Positions 11,972-25,500 of a DNA stretch of 64,000 bases are shown piece after piece (position 1 is the stretch's first letter; every line of letters starts with the position of its first letter). Source of the stretch: Trichinella spiralis. Taxonomy: Eukaryota. The position numbers and the translations under genes were made by a program. The notes below the pieces were generated by a model. The model had not been told where the DNA came from. It saw only the letters and a program-made list of their open reading frames with translations, and did no database searches. The stretch spans positions 10,417,068 to 10,481,067 of the forward strand of contig NW_003526941.1 of assembly GCF_000181795.1 (NCBI RefSeq), written 5' to 3'.

Positions 11972-14900
11972 TCAGCGGACGACGCTTTGCAACGACGCCG
12001 GAGCCAATGATACGTGCATCTGAGCGGTCGAGCTAGCACCAGCGTAACAATCGTTTATCGAATTTTCGTGTAGCTTTTGCAACGATAAATGGCAAGACGA
12101 AGATGAAGACGACGTATCACCATGGTAAGGCGGCGGTGGAGGCATCAAAAATTGACACTGGAGCAAACTGGATACTGAACCACAGTCGGATACCGAAGCG
12201 CTTGCTACTTCGACTGTTTCTGTTGCTTTGGTCGTCTGTGGTGGCGGCGTTGGCGGCGGCTTTTGCAACTGCAGATGACGATGCTTCTTCTGCTGTTGCA
12301 CAAATGATTCGTGCCAGCTAAGTGGACGCCCAGTGATCGGCGGTTCGAAGGTTCCAAATTGCGAAACTGCTGCCTGCTGATCAGCGGTCATCGCTTCTTG
12401 GCAACAGTACTCGCCCGTGATGTCGTCGTCTAAATTTCCGGCCATCGACAAACGCCTCGACACAGGCACTGACCACTGTCCCGCGGCACTGCTGCCGGTG
12501 CTGTCCAGTTCGCTAATGCTGCAACAGTTCGCCGACGACGAATGCAACGACTGATCACTGCACAGAGCTCGAATTAAAGGCAAATCCGCCGCCTGGGCCT
12601 GGATCATGCTCTTCACACGATCCAAGTCGATCGCGGGCATTTCGCAGTGCTCTTCTTGACACGCATCACAATAATGCGTCGACGTTGACGAACATCCACT
12701 GTCCTGGTAACGGTTAGCTATTGTAGAAGGGAGCAATTCAGATGAGGATATTGACACCGCCTGGCCCAGTCCCAAATTGACAGCATGTTTAGCACGCAGT
12801 CGGCTGAAACTGATCTCACGACCTGAACCCAACGCTCCACCGTGCCGATAAGAAGAAGTGGAATCCTGCAAACTTTGCGTCCTACTGACAATAGCTGAAC
12901 CGTGTAAAAAATGCGACGAACAACCACCACCACTACTAGCTGATGAATTTAATTCTTTACATTCCGCATAACTGCAGGGTATTGTCGATTTATACTGTTG
13001 CTGTTGTTGCTGTTGTTGTTGTTGATGATGATGGTTAACGTAAGCTGCTGGTGTATATGCAGCTAAATCACATTCGGCTGTCGTTGTTGTTGTCGGTCCG
13101 GACAAATAAGCGGATAATGATCTTTCTCGATAAAAAGAGTCGTTTGAAAATATATCATACTTCTTGTAAGGTCGTCGACAATTTTCATCTGACATCGCGC
13201 AACTGCCGATCGATGACGACAGACGAGCGTCCAAACCAAGCCCGGGCTCGCTTTGAGCCTGCTGCAACGGTTGCCGTAGCTGATCATTCCGCTGTCGCAA
13301 ATATTCATTCTGCTCATTATTATTATTATTATTATTATCATTCCATTTGCACTGCACCGATATGCTGCTGGTTGCCTGATTTAAAACGAAAGGATCGACA
13401 CAGGTGATCGTTGTCCAACGTTTGCCGTGCTGACGTTCAGCTTTTTGCCTGATCGCCTGTTCATAGTTGGGCAGTGAGCTGTTGCTGTTGTCCACATGAA
13501 GCGGCGTTGAACCGTAAGCTGACGACAATGCGTGAGAAGGCAAATTGGACAACGATACGGACTGCAAACATTCGCTCGCGGTACTGGTAACCATTGGTCC
13601 AGCATTTACCGGTGCCATACGCCTCTGATATCGGCTGTCCATCATCGGATAATTAACAGATGCCGTAGTACACTGCTGTTGTTGTTGTTGCTGCTGCTGC
13701 TGCTGCTGAGGCTGTTGTTGTTGTTGTTGTTTTGGCTGAGCACAGCAGGACGCATCTTGACAACTTCCAGCTGACGCTGAAGCTAATTTGTTGCTACCCA
13801 TTCCACCGGTTGGTATCCAATTCATGTAGGCGCGTTGCGCCAAGTTGCAGTTTCGGTCCGCGGTGGGTTGACAATCGGCGTTGTTGAACAACGTCCGTCT
13901 CCGGATGTCTGAAATGTCGACCAGTGAATTTTTCACATTCAAAGCTAGCTGTTCACGGGTGCGCAGCTGACACCGGCGCAATTTTTCCTCCAGAGTTGCC
14001 AACGCGCTGGGCAAAATTGGATGCTGAATTTGGGCAGAATTCTTCACGGCACAATGCACCGGTTCGACATTATTGCTATTGTTGCTGCTGGCCGTTTTCA
14101 ATTTTGTATTATTACGGTCGGTGGTATCCGCCGCAACGCTTTCCGCGCAGGAACAAACCGCCTGCGATGTTGAACAAAATTCTCCCACTTCACCAGAACC
14201 GTCCGTAGACGAAGTTTCTTCTTCATCCGCATAAGTTTGCCGACTGACGAACGACACCTCGCTTCGGGCCGAATCACTGTGCACCAGTGGCACTTTCCCA
14301 TTGGCAGAGAAGTCAAATTCCAACAAGTCCGGGTCTGAGAGAGAGCGAGCATTCACAGGGATGTTCAAACGATCCTGTCGGTGACAAAGCTCACCATTGT
14401 CGTTTTCACTGTCATCAGGCGCCTGCTGCTTGTCCGACACAATGCCGGATGTAGTGTTGCTGCTGGCGTCGCTCACCAAACTGACACGTTGACCGGTAGC
14501 ATTGGACAAGTTGCTGAAATTTACAAAAAAGTTACACTCCAACACTGTAATATTGTCCAATAACTGTTCAATAATTAATTTATCATGAAAAATATCAATT
14601 TGAAAACAATCATTCCACTGTTTTCACAACTACTTCTCCACCACTATTATTCATTTCACACAGTACTACTACTACTACTTTGGTTGGTTTAGAAAATCTT
14701 TCCATAACAGATGAATATGTATAATTTTAAATTTTTGAAAAAAAAAAGAAAAACTACAAAAATAAACCAACTTCACATTCAACTATAACCAACTGAAAAT
14801 TCTCATTCCATCAAATCAGACTTTTCATCCACAACTAATTTATTTGTACGTGAACATCAAATAATATTATGGAAGTAAATTATACAGTTTTTGATACTTT

Positions 14901-17900
14901 TATTGGCGTGATAAACTATACATAATATATATAAAGTGAATTTAAGAAAAATTTTTTAACCATTTAAATTCCTCAATTAACGTCGAACTTAAGAAAGCGA
15001 TCAATTTACAACTGAAAAATCAGTGCGTTGATACTGATGCACAATGTAGAATATACGTAGAAATGAAATTGTGATCAGTGCCAGTGATCAGATAAAGCTA
15101 ATAACACTTATTAAATGAACACAACATTAATAATTAAGTTTAAATTAAATTTGAAATTAATGTTAAATATATTGAATAACAAAAGTTGCAAGTGCAATGC
15201 ACAATGTTCACAATATGCAATATTTATCCACTGCCACGACAAGTGAGAGAGAAAATGAGAGAATGATAGTTGTTAAAAAAGTGTTAGCCTTTATGAGAGT
15301 GTTGTCGCTGCTTCAAGCCCTAGTTCAGTCAAGTAATGCGTTACACGCTTCTGTCAATACGCAAATACTGGGTGACACTATCTACCAAGAATGACATCAA
15401 CCGGTTCAAAATTATCTACAAAGATGAACAACACTGGACATTGTTGACAACTGACAACTCAACCTTTGGAATTTTTAAAGTTGACAAATTTTTTGAAATT
15501 CATAAAATTCTAAATCTAATAAAACTAATGTAAATATAAATATAAGAAAAAAATTGGTCAATTATATAATCAATCGATTTATACGTACGGAAATATTTTG
15601 TCACATCCGTTACTGGTAATTTTACCATCGCTTGATTGAATCGACGTCTCACCATTACTAGTAGCAGTTGTACCATCAATTACGCCGTATATGGAACATT
15701 GTTTTTGTGCAATTTTACCATCTGTAAAAACAACAAATAAAACAGACTGTAAAATTAAAATCACTAAGTTTCTTCATCTTTTATAATAATTTTTCTACAT
15801 ATATATATATATATTATAATAAAATAGATTTTACGTGACAAGTTCGTTAGCAAGGTTGGGCAAGTAAGTATATGCAGCTAGTGCATTGCTCTGTGTTGTA
15901 GATAGAATGCACAGTTGAAATGCGTGCACTTATTTTCCAAAAGATGCAAAATTTTCAATTCAAAACTTACCACCACCATCTTGACAGTAATTGCCATTGC
16001 CAAGCGAACCAATGTCGACGTGCAACTTCATCAAATTCTGATGAAACATGCGACAAAAGTGGAGCAAATAGCGAGACTTTTGATCGCTGGATGTGTAAAA
16101 GGTGAGCTTGCGACCGTCGACGGAACAGATGAGAAATTTTCTTCGCTGAATAAAAAATAAAGTTAAATTAAATTAATAATAATAATAATAATTTTATAAT
16201 TTTACGTCAAAGGAAAGCTTGCTGATCCGTGCCCACTGGAACGAACCGAGCAACGCACGCGGATTGTCCTGCTTGGGTTCGAAGACGTCGATCCCAGCCG
16301 GTCCAATGCCCAGCAATATTGAATCGAACTGTTCCGATTTGGTTCGCTTCAGACGATACAGATGGACATTGACAGCCGACAAGCCGGTGCTGAGCTCTTC
16401 GCAAAAGCGATACCGCGCCTCCTGAGGATCCATGCCTTGACAGTCTCGGTGAACGGTCGGCGTGTGTCGACGCAGGAAGTGAACCCCGCGATATTCGACC
16501 ACCCAAGACGGAAAATACAATTCCGGTGAAAAGTAAACCGTACCGGCAGCCGTGTTTTCGTTGTAATCGCCAAAATCAGCTTGCAAAGCCAACGCGGTCG
16601 CCTCATAGCACTGCTCTTCGCGTACCCACTCAGGAGACCAGTAGACACGTAAATTTTCTCGCAACTGCATATAATAATGAAGCAATGCTATTGGACAACT
16701 GAAAAAAAAGAAAATTAAAATACCACCACAATTATCAATTTTGTACGTTATATAAGCTTGCAAAAAAAGTATTAGACCACAGTGATTTTTTCTCAATTTC
16801 CACACAGTTTTTTTTTACTTATTTATTATAATTTGATTAATTATTAGCAGTGATGGAATAATATTTTCATTCATTTATTCATTCATTCATTCGTTCGTTC
16901 GTTCGTTCATTCATGGGCAAATTTTTTCCTTTTTTGCCTTATTAAGTCAACCCAATTCTATCAAACAAATGTACTGAGAAACTGGAAAATTACGGTGGTT
17001 CCATTTTAAGATTGTTCACCTTCAACAATTGGAAAATTTATTCACCACCAACTCCAGCTGATGACAGACAACTAACTGTCTTGCATCAATCTTAACAACA
17101 GATGGAATCTCATCGTTTCCAGCATGGAACAAACAGGATGATGCGCGTCGAACAATTCTTGCGATGAAAAATTATACAATTGCAACCGCTATTTCACCTT
17201 TCGGCTCATTTGCAATATTACAAAACATGTATAGTGGGATAAAAATAAAAATTATAATCAACTGCCAACCTGATTCACAATACATGACATTGTACGAAGA
17301 ATTTTCCACTTGACTATAAATCAACTTCACCAGCAATAATAATGCATGCATAAATTATCTCAGCCAGCTTTAATCGTTTTGACTTGCAATAATACTTTCT
17401 TTGGTTTTAGCAAAACCAGAGTAAAACTGTAACTTTTATTATTTACTGCACAAACGCTTAACTCAAAACATCTAGCGTCAACTAAACTAACTACACGTTT
17501 TCCATGCTACATCAATCAAGAAATCACAGCATGTTTTTGAATTCCAAAAATAAAAATTTCCTTGCCAATCTGCTGTGAAAAAGTTGAAATTAAATGAAAT
17601 ATACCATGAAATGAGAACAAAATTGTCAAATGTTTGCTTGCGTACACACCACCCACATATCCCACTTGCAGTTTGCAGTTTTAAGTTGAAAAAAAACATA
17701 AAGTTTGGTTCATGCTAAACTTAACGTAAATAAATTCCCTGTGAACAACAACAGTAACAATAAATAAATCATCTGAAAATTGTTCATGCTATTATTATTA
17801 TTATTACTATTATTAATTTTCAGTCCACAGGCTATTTCAGTGCTGATCATGTGTAATATTTATTTATCATAAGGAAATTGTCACAGCCTGATTCGTCTCG

Positions 17901-19826
17901 ATAATAAGTATAATATATATACAGCAGAAGAGATGAAAATAAAAAAGAGATGAAAAATCAACAAGTGCTAATAATGTTGGTACTAATTGCTTTACCGATG
18001 ATTAAATGCAAAAAAAAATTCCCCAATGTAATGCATTTATGAATGCAATATAAAGAGTGAAAAGTTGTAAGATTAAAAATTTGAGAAAAAAGTAATATAA
18101 ATATTATTTCTTCTAATGTGCCAAAGCCGTTGGTTCACAAAGCAATAAAAAGCTGAAAAATTAATAATGATAAATTTATTGAAAAAATAATCGTCGTATA
18201 TCATAACTAAGTAGCCTGAGATCGCTCTTGAGAGAAGCCCAAAAAAGTATTTTTTTTCCTGTGAAAAATTTTCCAAGACAGTAGTTTCATTTCAAAGCAT
18301 GAAAATGTTCTCAAGTTGCAAGTGGATCGTCACCGAGCGCATCACTTACGTAACATAAAATCACAGAAGCGCGACAGAATTAATCGGACGATGGCCCAAT
18401 ATTGTCCCACTGAACCAATCGATCGTTTATGGTCAAATGATGTCAATTGGCACATTGCAGGACAGATACTAGCCAACACTGACCACCAGTAGTAGTCTGT
18501 TCTGTTCATCATCATAAGTATACTACAGATAAAATGAAAACTGATGTGTTACTATTATTATTATTATTAGATTATTATTAGGTTGTTGCTGTGTCCGTAT
18601 GTGAAAATTACAAGTTTCCCCTTTGCCACTATTAAAATTGCCAGCTATTAAAAAGCTTAATAAAGAGACAAAGTGGTGAAGCAGTACCATGAATAGTAGT
18701 ACAACCGATGGAAATCACTAATGCAATAGACAGGAAATCGAATGAAATGGAAATTAATAAGCATAATTAATTATGAATAAAAATTCTTTCCTATTCTATA
18801 TGATTGTTGTTCCACGACGTACTGATTATTACTTTTAAGGCTACACCACGTACATCTTCCAGGTAGGTCATTATCAATACGAAATAGAACTTGTCAAGTT
18901 TTGACCAGAAAAAATGAAAACCCAATATACTTTCCAAAAATATTTCTGTCATTCCGAAAGAAAGACAGGCGCAGATTGTACTAGATGACGCATGTTCAAT
19001 GTCAACTTTAGATAAACTACTGCACTGCAGTATACAGATCAATGTAGAGAGTAGGCAAATATTTATCCAATATATATATACAGAAGCGCAAGCAAACAAA
19101 CAGAAAAAAAGTTGAAGAAGAAAAAGATAAAATTGTTAGAAAAACTTTCAAAAATGACATGCTTTTATCAGCAATAAAAATAAAATTTTTCACTTACCTA
19201 ATTATGCGAACAGCATCCACGTAGGTGTGAACCCGTAAATACAGTATAACTGACGGCTGACCGAGCATATCCGTACCCTGAAAAAAAAAGAAGAAGAAAT
19301 TACCATATCGATACATATTATAAGAACAGAATACTGACCGAACCGCCGGATTTGGACCAATTTTTTGGCGTACATTTGGAAAATTTTTGAGATAGTTCCA
19401 AAAACCGATACTCGTTTTCAATGCGCACGCACAAACCAAACAGTCGCGGCATTTGGGTGCCAATGTGGGCGCAGACACAGTCGAATATATCGGCCACTTT
19501 GCAGCGTACCTGTGATGAACATAATTGAATGAATGGACCCAATCAACGACGGATTTATAATATGGAAGCGATCATAAATTGCAACTGTCTTCACTCACAT
19601 CAACAGCAACGTAAAGATGCTGGCCGGTGAGCAACTGCACATCGACATATTTCATGCCAGAAGTGAGCAGGTAGTTGGTCGACCGTGAGACGAACACCGG
19701 AACGCCGGCAAACGGTCCAGACGCGCAAAAACGTCTGGCCGTGGCCATGGACGTGGAGCATCGACTTTTCGAAGCGACCAAACCCGCCAGCGGTGACGAG
19801 CCACCAGTTGGACATTCGAACGGCAT
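11972..19826 (-). CDS. ex: FERM-domain Hippo-pathway protein, Expanded/FRMD6-like
   Basis: Hand-spliced exons 19826-19599, 19509-19339, 19277-19198, 16698-16206, 16145-15971, 15721-15585, 14563-11972; all GT-AG and in frame. FERM segments YVDVQLLTGQHL, LFGLCV, LYLRVHTYV, YYMQLRE..ALALQADFGDY, YFSPELYFP, FQWARISKLSFDRRKF..KLTFYT..KSRYLL resemble FRMD6/Expanded. The long Ser/Gln-rich tail has LPNY, DLPLIRALC and PPPY. The 15721-15585 exon is the least certain. Confidence 0.85.
16868..16913. repeat. Compound (ATTC)n/(GTTC)n microsatellite in an intron
   Basis: cattcatttattcattcattcattcgttcgttcgttcgttcattcat. Confidence 0.85.
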
Positions 19827-20286
19827 TGCGGCTTTTGCCTAGCTTTTATCCAACACTCGTTTTACGGCCGACTGAGAAATCCAAGCCAACACAGAAAACA
19901 AATGCGACCATTGCCGGCTCATGCTGCTGCTTCCATTTTCTACAATAAATGAAGCAGATGAATTTGAGTGGGGTAAAAAAATGGGAGAAAATTATTTCAA
20001 TGCAGCCGCGTCCGGTATGCAAACAATATTCCATATAGCCTAGCAACTTGCCGAGTATGCGTAATAATTTCGAACGTGATGAAGATATTACAAAAGTAAA
20101 ATGAAGTGAATAAGATGGAAAAGTGGAATAAACGATAAAATTGTAAGAAATGTGGAAGGCGGAAAATGGCGAACGTGACATTCCAAACTACGCTCTCGAC
20201 ACTACTACCAAACGCACGAAAGTAAAGCAAACTTCTTCTTCTTCTTCTTCTCAACACACAAACATATGAAGAAGAAAGAACCTGAT

Positions 20287-20352
20287 TGCTGCTGCTGGTG
20301 CTACTACTACTACTACTACTACTACTAACTGCTGCTGCTACTACTACTACTA
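20287..20352. repeat. (TGC)n/(TAC)n trinucleotide microsatellite
   Basis: tgctgctgctggtgctactactactactactactactact...gctactactactac. Confidence 0.85.
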
Positions 20353-22516
20353 TTAAGCGCCTTGTACGAGAGAATCCACCTGGCATTTTTCTTCTGCAGT
20401 ACTGCACACAAGACTGACTAGCCCGCCGCAAGCAAGCATCCGCGAGCGTGTTTCACATTCCACACCACAATTCAGTGTCCAAAAAACCTCACCAAGCGTA
20501 ACAATTCTTACTGTAGTACATGAACAGAAAAACAACAACAGCTAATGGTTGGTGCAAGTTGGAAAAATTTGGAAAAATATTCCGATCAAAATGTGTGACC
20601 ACCACTTGGGAAGTTATGTAAAAAGAAATTCACTTCTTTCCAATATAACAAGAAAATGAACACTTCCAATTATTTACCAGAATACACGTTGTTGAACAAT
20701 GAAAAAATTGTTCTACTATTATTTTTTCATATTCTTCTTCTCAAATAATATACATTGATGTATGTGTATTTTGTAAGATAAACAAAGTATAAAGCAGCAG
20801 TATATATGAGAACAGACCAGCATCGCGAGAGCGGTTGAAGGCTTTTTAATTTTATAAAACTTTACCACTTACTGAGCTAACCCCAATTCGTCGACATCAC
20901 TGGCTGACAAGAGCGTGTTTTTACTGCCTCTGGCAGATGCGCTCGATTGGACGTTTAAGAATTTCAATAATTCGACCAGTTGCAAAGCACAAACGTACAC
21001 AAACATACAACGCACACATCCCATACATTTATGCGTATACCATATGTGTATATATATATAGAACAGTTAGTTAAATGTAGCTCTATTGGAATCTAATTCA
21101 AATCAGCTATTGGATTTGAACAGTCCCCTCGAGAGGAAAAAATGTCAATCAACTAAAAATTGAAAATTAAAAAGAAGAAGGATTCAATCTGTTTATTGCT
21201 ATTCTTCTGGGTGGGGTCAATGGTGGACAAAGTGGGTGGAGACGTATCAAAATCGACAACTCCTAAATTGACACTTGCCACGCCACGGAACCGACAACAC
21301 CACGACAAACTGCTGCTAGATATATACGCCGTAAACGGACAATCGACCACAACGAAAAACTGTTCCAACTGGTCACAATCCTCCTTTCACTACTGATTTA
21401 ATTCTGACAACGAAACTGGCACCATCTGACGACCTTCAAATTTGCTCATTGCAGAGAGAGAGAGAGCAAGAGAGAAAGAAAATTCAAGGCGACAACGACA
21501 ACAGTAAAAGCGCGTTCGGTTCGACGCAAAGGACAATGGCTTGACGCGCTAATTACCACAACAATAATATATAAGCAGAAAAACACGAAAGCCCACAGAA
21601 CAACAACTGGACACAGAAATCCAGTTCAATACATCACCATCTACTTCCATTCACTAATGCATAATAGCCGATTGAATATCTACCGTGAAAAAACACCCAC
21701 CCATCCGCACATACATACCAACGGTGTGACCATTCGTCGTCTTAAACATCTGAACAGTAGTAGTAGCTTCATCAGAGCCATACATCATTACACAATCGTG
21801 ATCAATTTCACAGAAATGACATCAAGAATCATTTGGTTGTTTTCATTTTGGTAAAATTAAAATTAAACAGAAAAATAATATAACAATTGTTAAATCAGAA
21901 TAAAAGAAGAGTATGAATAATCGGAGCGCGTTTGCAAAATTGTAAAAAAAATTTATTGGTCGCTTATTCATGCTAAAATAAAATAAAATATAATTTGATT
22001 TCATTTCAAACAGCTTTTTTTCCCTTTACTCTGTCCGTTAGTGCTTTCGGAGATGAATGGTGCAATTTCAAAGAAAAATAAAAAAGCAAAAGACGTTTTC
22101 CGATGAACAAATTTTTCACTTTAAAATGCAAAAGAAGAATAATTTTTATGTTCAAAAAAAGTGCAAACGTAAATTTTCCATCATTATTCTTTCTTTGCAT
22201 ATGTGCGCATAATACTGAACGAAAAATTAGCTGTTTTTATATGTCTGTGAGAAAATGTAAAAGTTGTAATAAAAATACGAAGAAGAGAAAGAAAAGCGAC
22301 AAGCAGTCTGCGTTGTCTGGAAACGCTGCATATAATAATATACATGCAATTAGCACGCGTGCTAAACTAACCAACTAATCGACTAAAAATCTGCACACAG
22401 CATTTTGTTCCCCCGTGGTGCAAGTGCATTTCAGCGGACATGCTGGCTGGTATGTGTTCTTTGTTTCGAAACAAATTGCTCGAAGAAAACTGAAAACACG
22501 CAACAGACGAGACAAG

Positions 22517-22564
22517 AACAAGCAGGCAAGCAAGCAAGCAAGCAAACAAACAAACAAACAAACA
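22517..22564. repeat. Compound (CAAG)n/(CAAA)n microsatellite
   Basis: aacaagcaggcaagcaagcaagcaagcaaacaaacaaacaaacaaaca. Confidence 0.85.
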
Positions 22565-25500
22565 ACTTTACGTCAGCTAAACATTCATGCTAATTATTTT
22601 CAATCGAACGTCCAATCTTGGATGCCTGAAATTATTCCGACCACGCCGACTGCAACCAATGTCAAAAGAAAATCTCATTTGTCAAACAAAAGTGACGGAG
22701 AATTTCTTTTTAATTTTTTGCTTTAAATAAATGAAATGAAATAAGTAATTTCAACTTTTATTAATAATCAACATTAATAAATAAATAAATCAGTGGAAGG
22801 TAAAATTATGAAAATGAGAAAAAAAAATAATGTGAAGTGAATGGTGCCGATTAAAAAAAGTTGCAAATCAATAATTTATTTCCATATTGGAAGAAAATAA
22901 GCGGCGGCATTCACGAAATTATAAAAGAGCAAGCAACGCGCAACTGACGTGTGACAATAATAAATAAAGCTATGCTATATCGATGGAACATAAAACTGGT
23001 CAACAAAAGTGCAAACATGCTGACGAAAGAAAAGATATGCCTACAAAAACGACAAGAATGCACCAATCGTCGTTAAATAAATTGAACAACTACGCAATAT
23101 CTATCTCTCTCCGCTTTGCTGTTTCATTCAAGACGTGATGTTGTGTTAGAAAAGGCAAACGATAAAACTTTTACACAACCCAAGCAACTTTGCCAATTTT
23201 CAAGTTTCAATGGAAATTCCTGTCTGCCTGTCTGTCTGCCTGTCGAAAATTTCTTCTACTACCACTATACTATTATATATTACATGCCCGAACGAGACAA
23301 CACAATTCCCAGTTAACAATATTAATCAAAAGCCAAAAATTTTTCATTAAAATTAAAACATAAGTAAATCTTCTTCAATCAAATGAGACAGACAATCATA
23401 TGAGACCATCAACAGCAAAGCAACTTGCTGTGATAATATTTGCATAGCTTTTATCAATGATCAATCACTAAATAACAAAAAAAAATATACCTCACAAAAG
23501 AACAAATTTGAGCAATGTTGTTCAATAATTAATTAAATTATTATTATCAGAAAAGTTGAATTGAAATGAAATTTTAAAAAAATGGAAAATTGCATTCGGT
23601 GATTCGAATACTCGAAATATGAAATAAATATCCGAAATTCCACCATACCACTTACCAAGGGAGAGAGAGAGTTAGGGGAGAGAATAATATAATAAATAAA
23701 TAACCGACTGAATGCGCGTGCCGAAAATAATTTCACGCCAGCGTGAAGTTAAGCAATCGAACAAACACATTCCATCCAAAAAGTTATCGCCAAAAGCGAC
23801 ATGAAGCCGAAAAGGAAAGCAAAAAAAAGCATACGAAGAAAATAAAGTGAAAAAGCAAACAACACACGTCAAAAAGGTGTGAAGCAAAATAAGAAGAAGA
23901 AGAAGATAAAATTCCATTCGACTAAAATTTCTTTTCTTTTTTCTTTGCTGAAACTCGGAAAGGGTGAAAAGCTAATGAAAAGAAAAGCTTCTGACTAACA
24001 AAACCTGCGGCCTTTTTCTGCAGAAACTGTTTTGCAAAATATTAAAAAGCAAAAGCAAAAAAAACCAAACGAGACATCACATCCTGCTGTGGTAAAATGG
24101 TAATTGATCCTTTACAAATAATATACTGGCAATAATAGTAATAACGACGATGACAATGATATACAAAGCTCAATGAGAAAGTATAAAAATTTAGCTTTAA
24201 ATAATGAAAAAATATACACGTGCAGATGCATGAGTAACTCTGATCAATTTTGCAACAAAACAAATGGATTATTTTTATCAAAATGATAAAAAAAAGTTAA
24301 TTTTTCAAATTGTTGCTTGTTAAGTTTCCGTTTAAAGCATTCCAACTCTACCTGCAGACTTGAATGAATATTATTATTATCAGTATTATTGATAATTACA
24401 GGAAAGTGATGAAGAAGAAGAAGAAAAAGATGATGATGATGAATACAGAACAAGCCAAACTGACAAAGCAAGCCGTTTGTTGGCGACAGATGTGCAATGA
24501 AGCAGGTGATTGAAAAAATACATTGTCGTCAGACGTCAACGTCGACCTTTCCGTTCCGCATGCCGTTTCACTGACTCATCAGCGATCAACTTTTATCAAA
24601 CTGGAAATTCGTGCAAACTATCGAATCAAACAAAGAAAAGAGAAACGGAGAGAAAAAGACAAAGGAATAGAGGGGGAGCGGGGAAGAGAGAAAAAAATAT
24701 TACCCAACAAAATTAGCATTACCAATAAAATCGTCAAGAAAAAAGCGACAATTATTACAACATCCGGAATGTTATTACTCTGCCAGTGACAATGTACTGT
24801 TGCTTGCTGATCGACACCATCGGACGTTGAAATAAATCTGAGACGCCAAACAGTCTACCTGACAGTGTGTCTGACGCCACGGCCGTGTCTGACTGACTGG
24901 CTGGCTCGGTCGAACTGATCGTAATTTTGCTCCTTTTTTAAATTTAAATTTCAAATTCAGCTTTCGAAAACTTCATCACAAACAATAGCTTCGACGTCAA
25001 CGGCTACTAATTATTATTCAACTTGTCTTTTCTCACTCTTCTCAGGGATGTTTTTCTGATCGAACTTCCCCCAAATGGAACATCCACATGGTCGATAAAA
25101 GCAGAACCCACCTCAACCAAATCACCACTACTGGAAGCAAACTGTCCAACTTTCCATTGAACAACTTGCAAATTCAACTGCAAGATTATATTTTTCTTTC
25201 ACCAAATTTTTGAACATCACTTCCACAGTCAAAGTTAACATCAATATGACATGCTTTGTAAAATAAATGATAAAATCTTTTCAACCGTCCATGCAAATAT
25301 AAATAAAGTGTTGTTCATCTTCCACCTCTTTGTAAAGTGCATTTTTCCTTCCCTTTGTTGGAAAACAATGCAAATGTTGTAGAGAAAAGTACTGTTTTCA
25401 GGCACAGGACAAAAATTACGCAATAAATTAACGTCACTGCGTAGGTGAACTATTGGAAGATACTTTCACAATGTAGATAAATAAACAAATAAACACACAC

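Noticed and set aside
11225..12039. Hydrophobic or Lys-rich ORFs
   Set aside because: Low-complexity A/T-skewed 3' UTR of the FERM gene.
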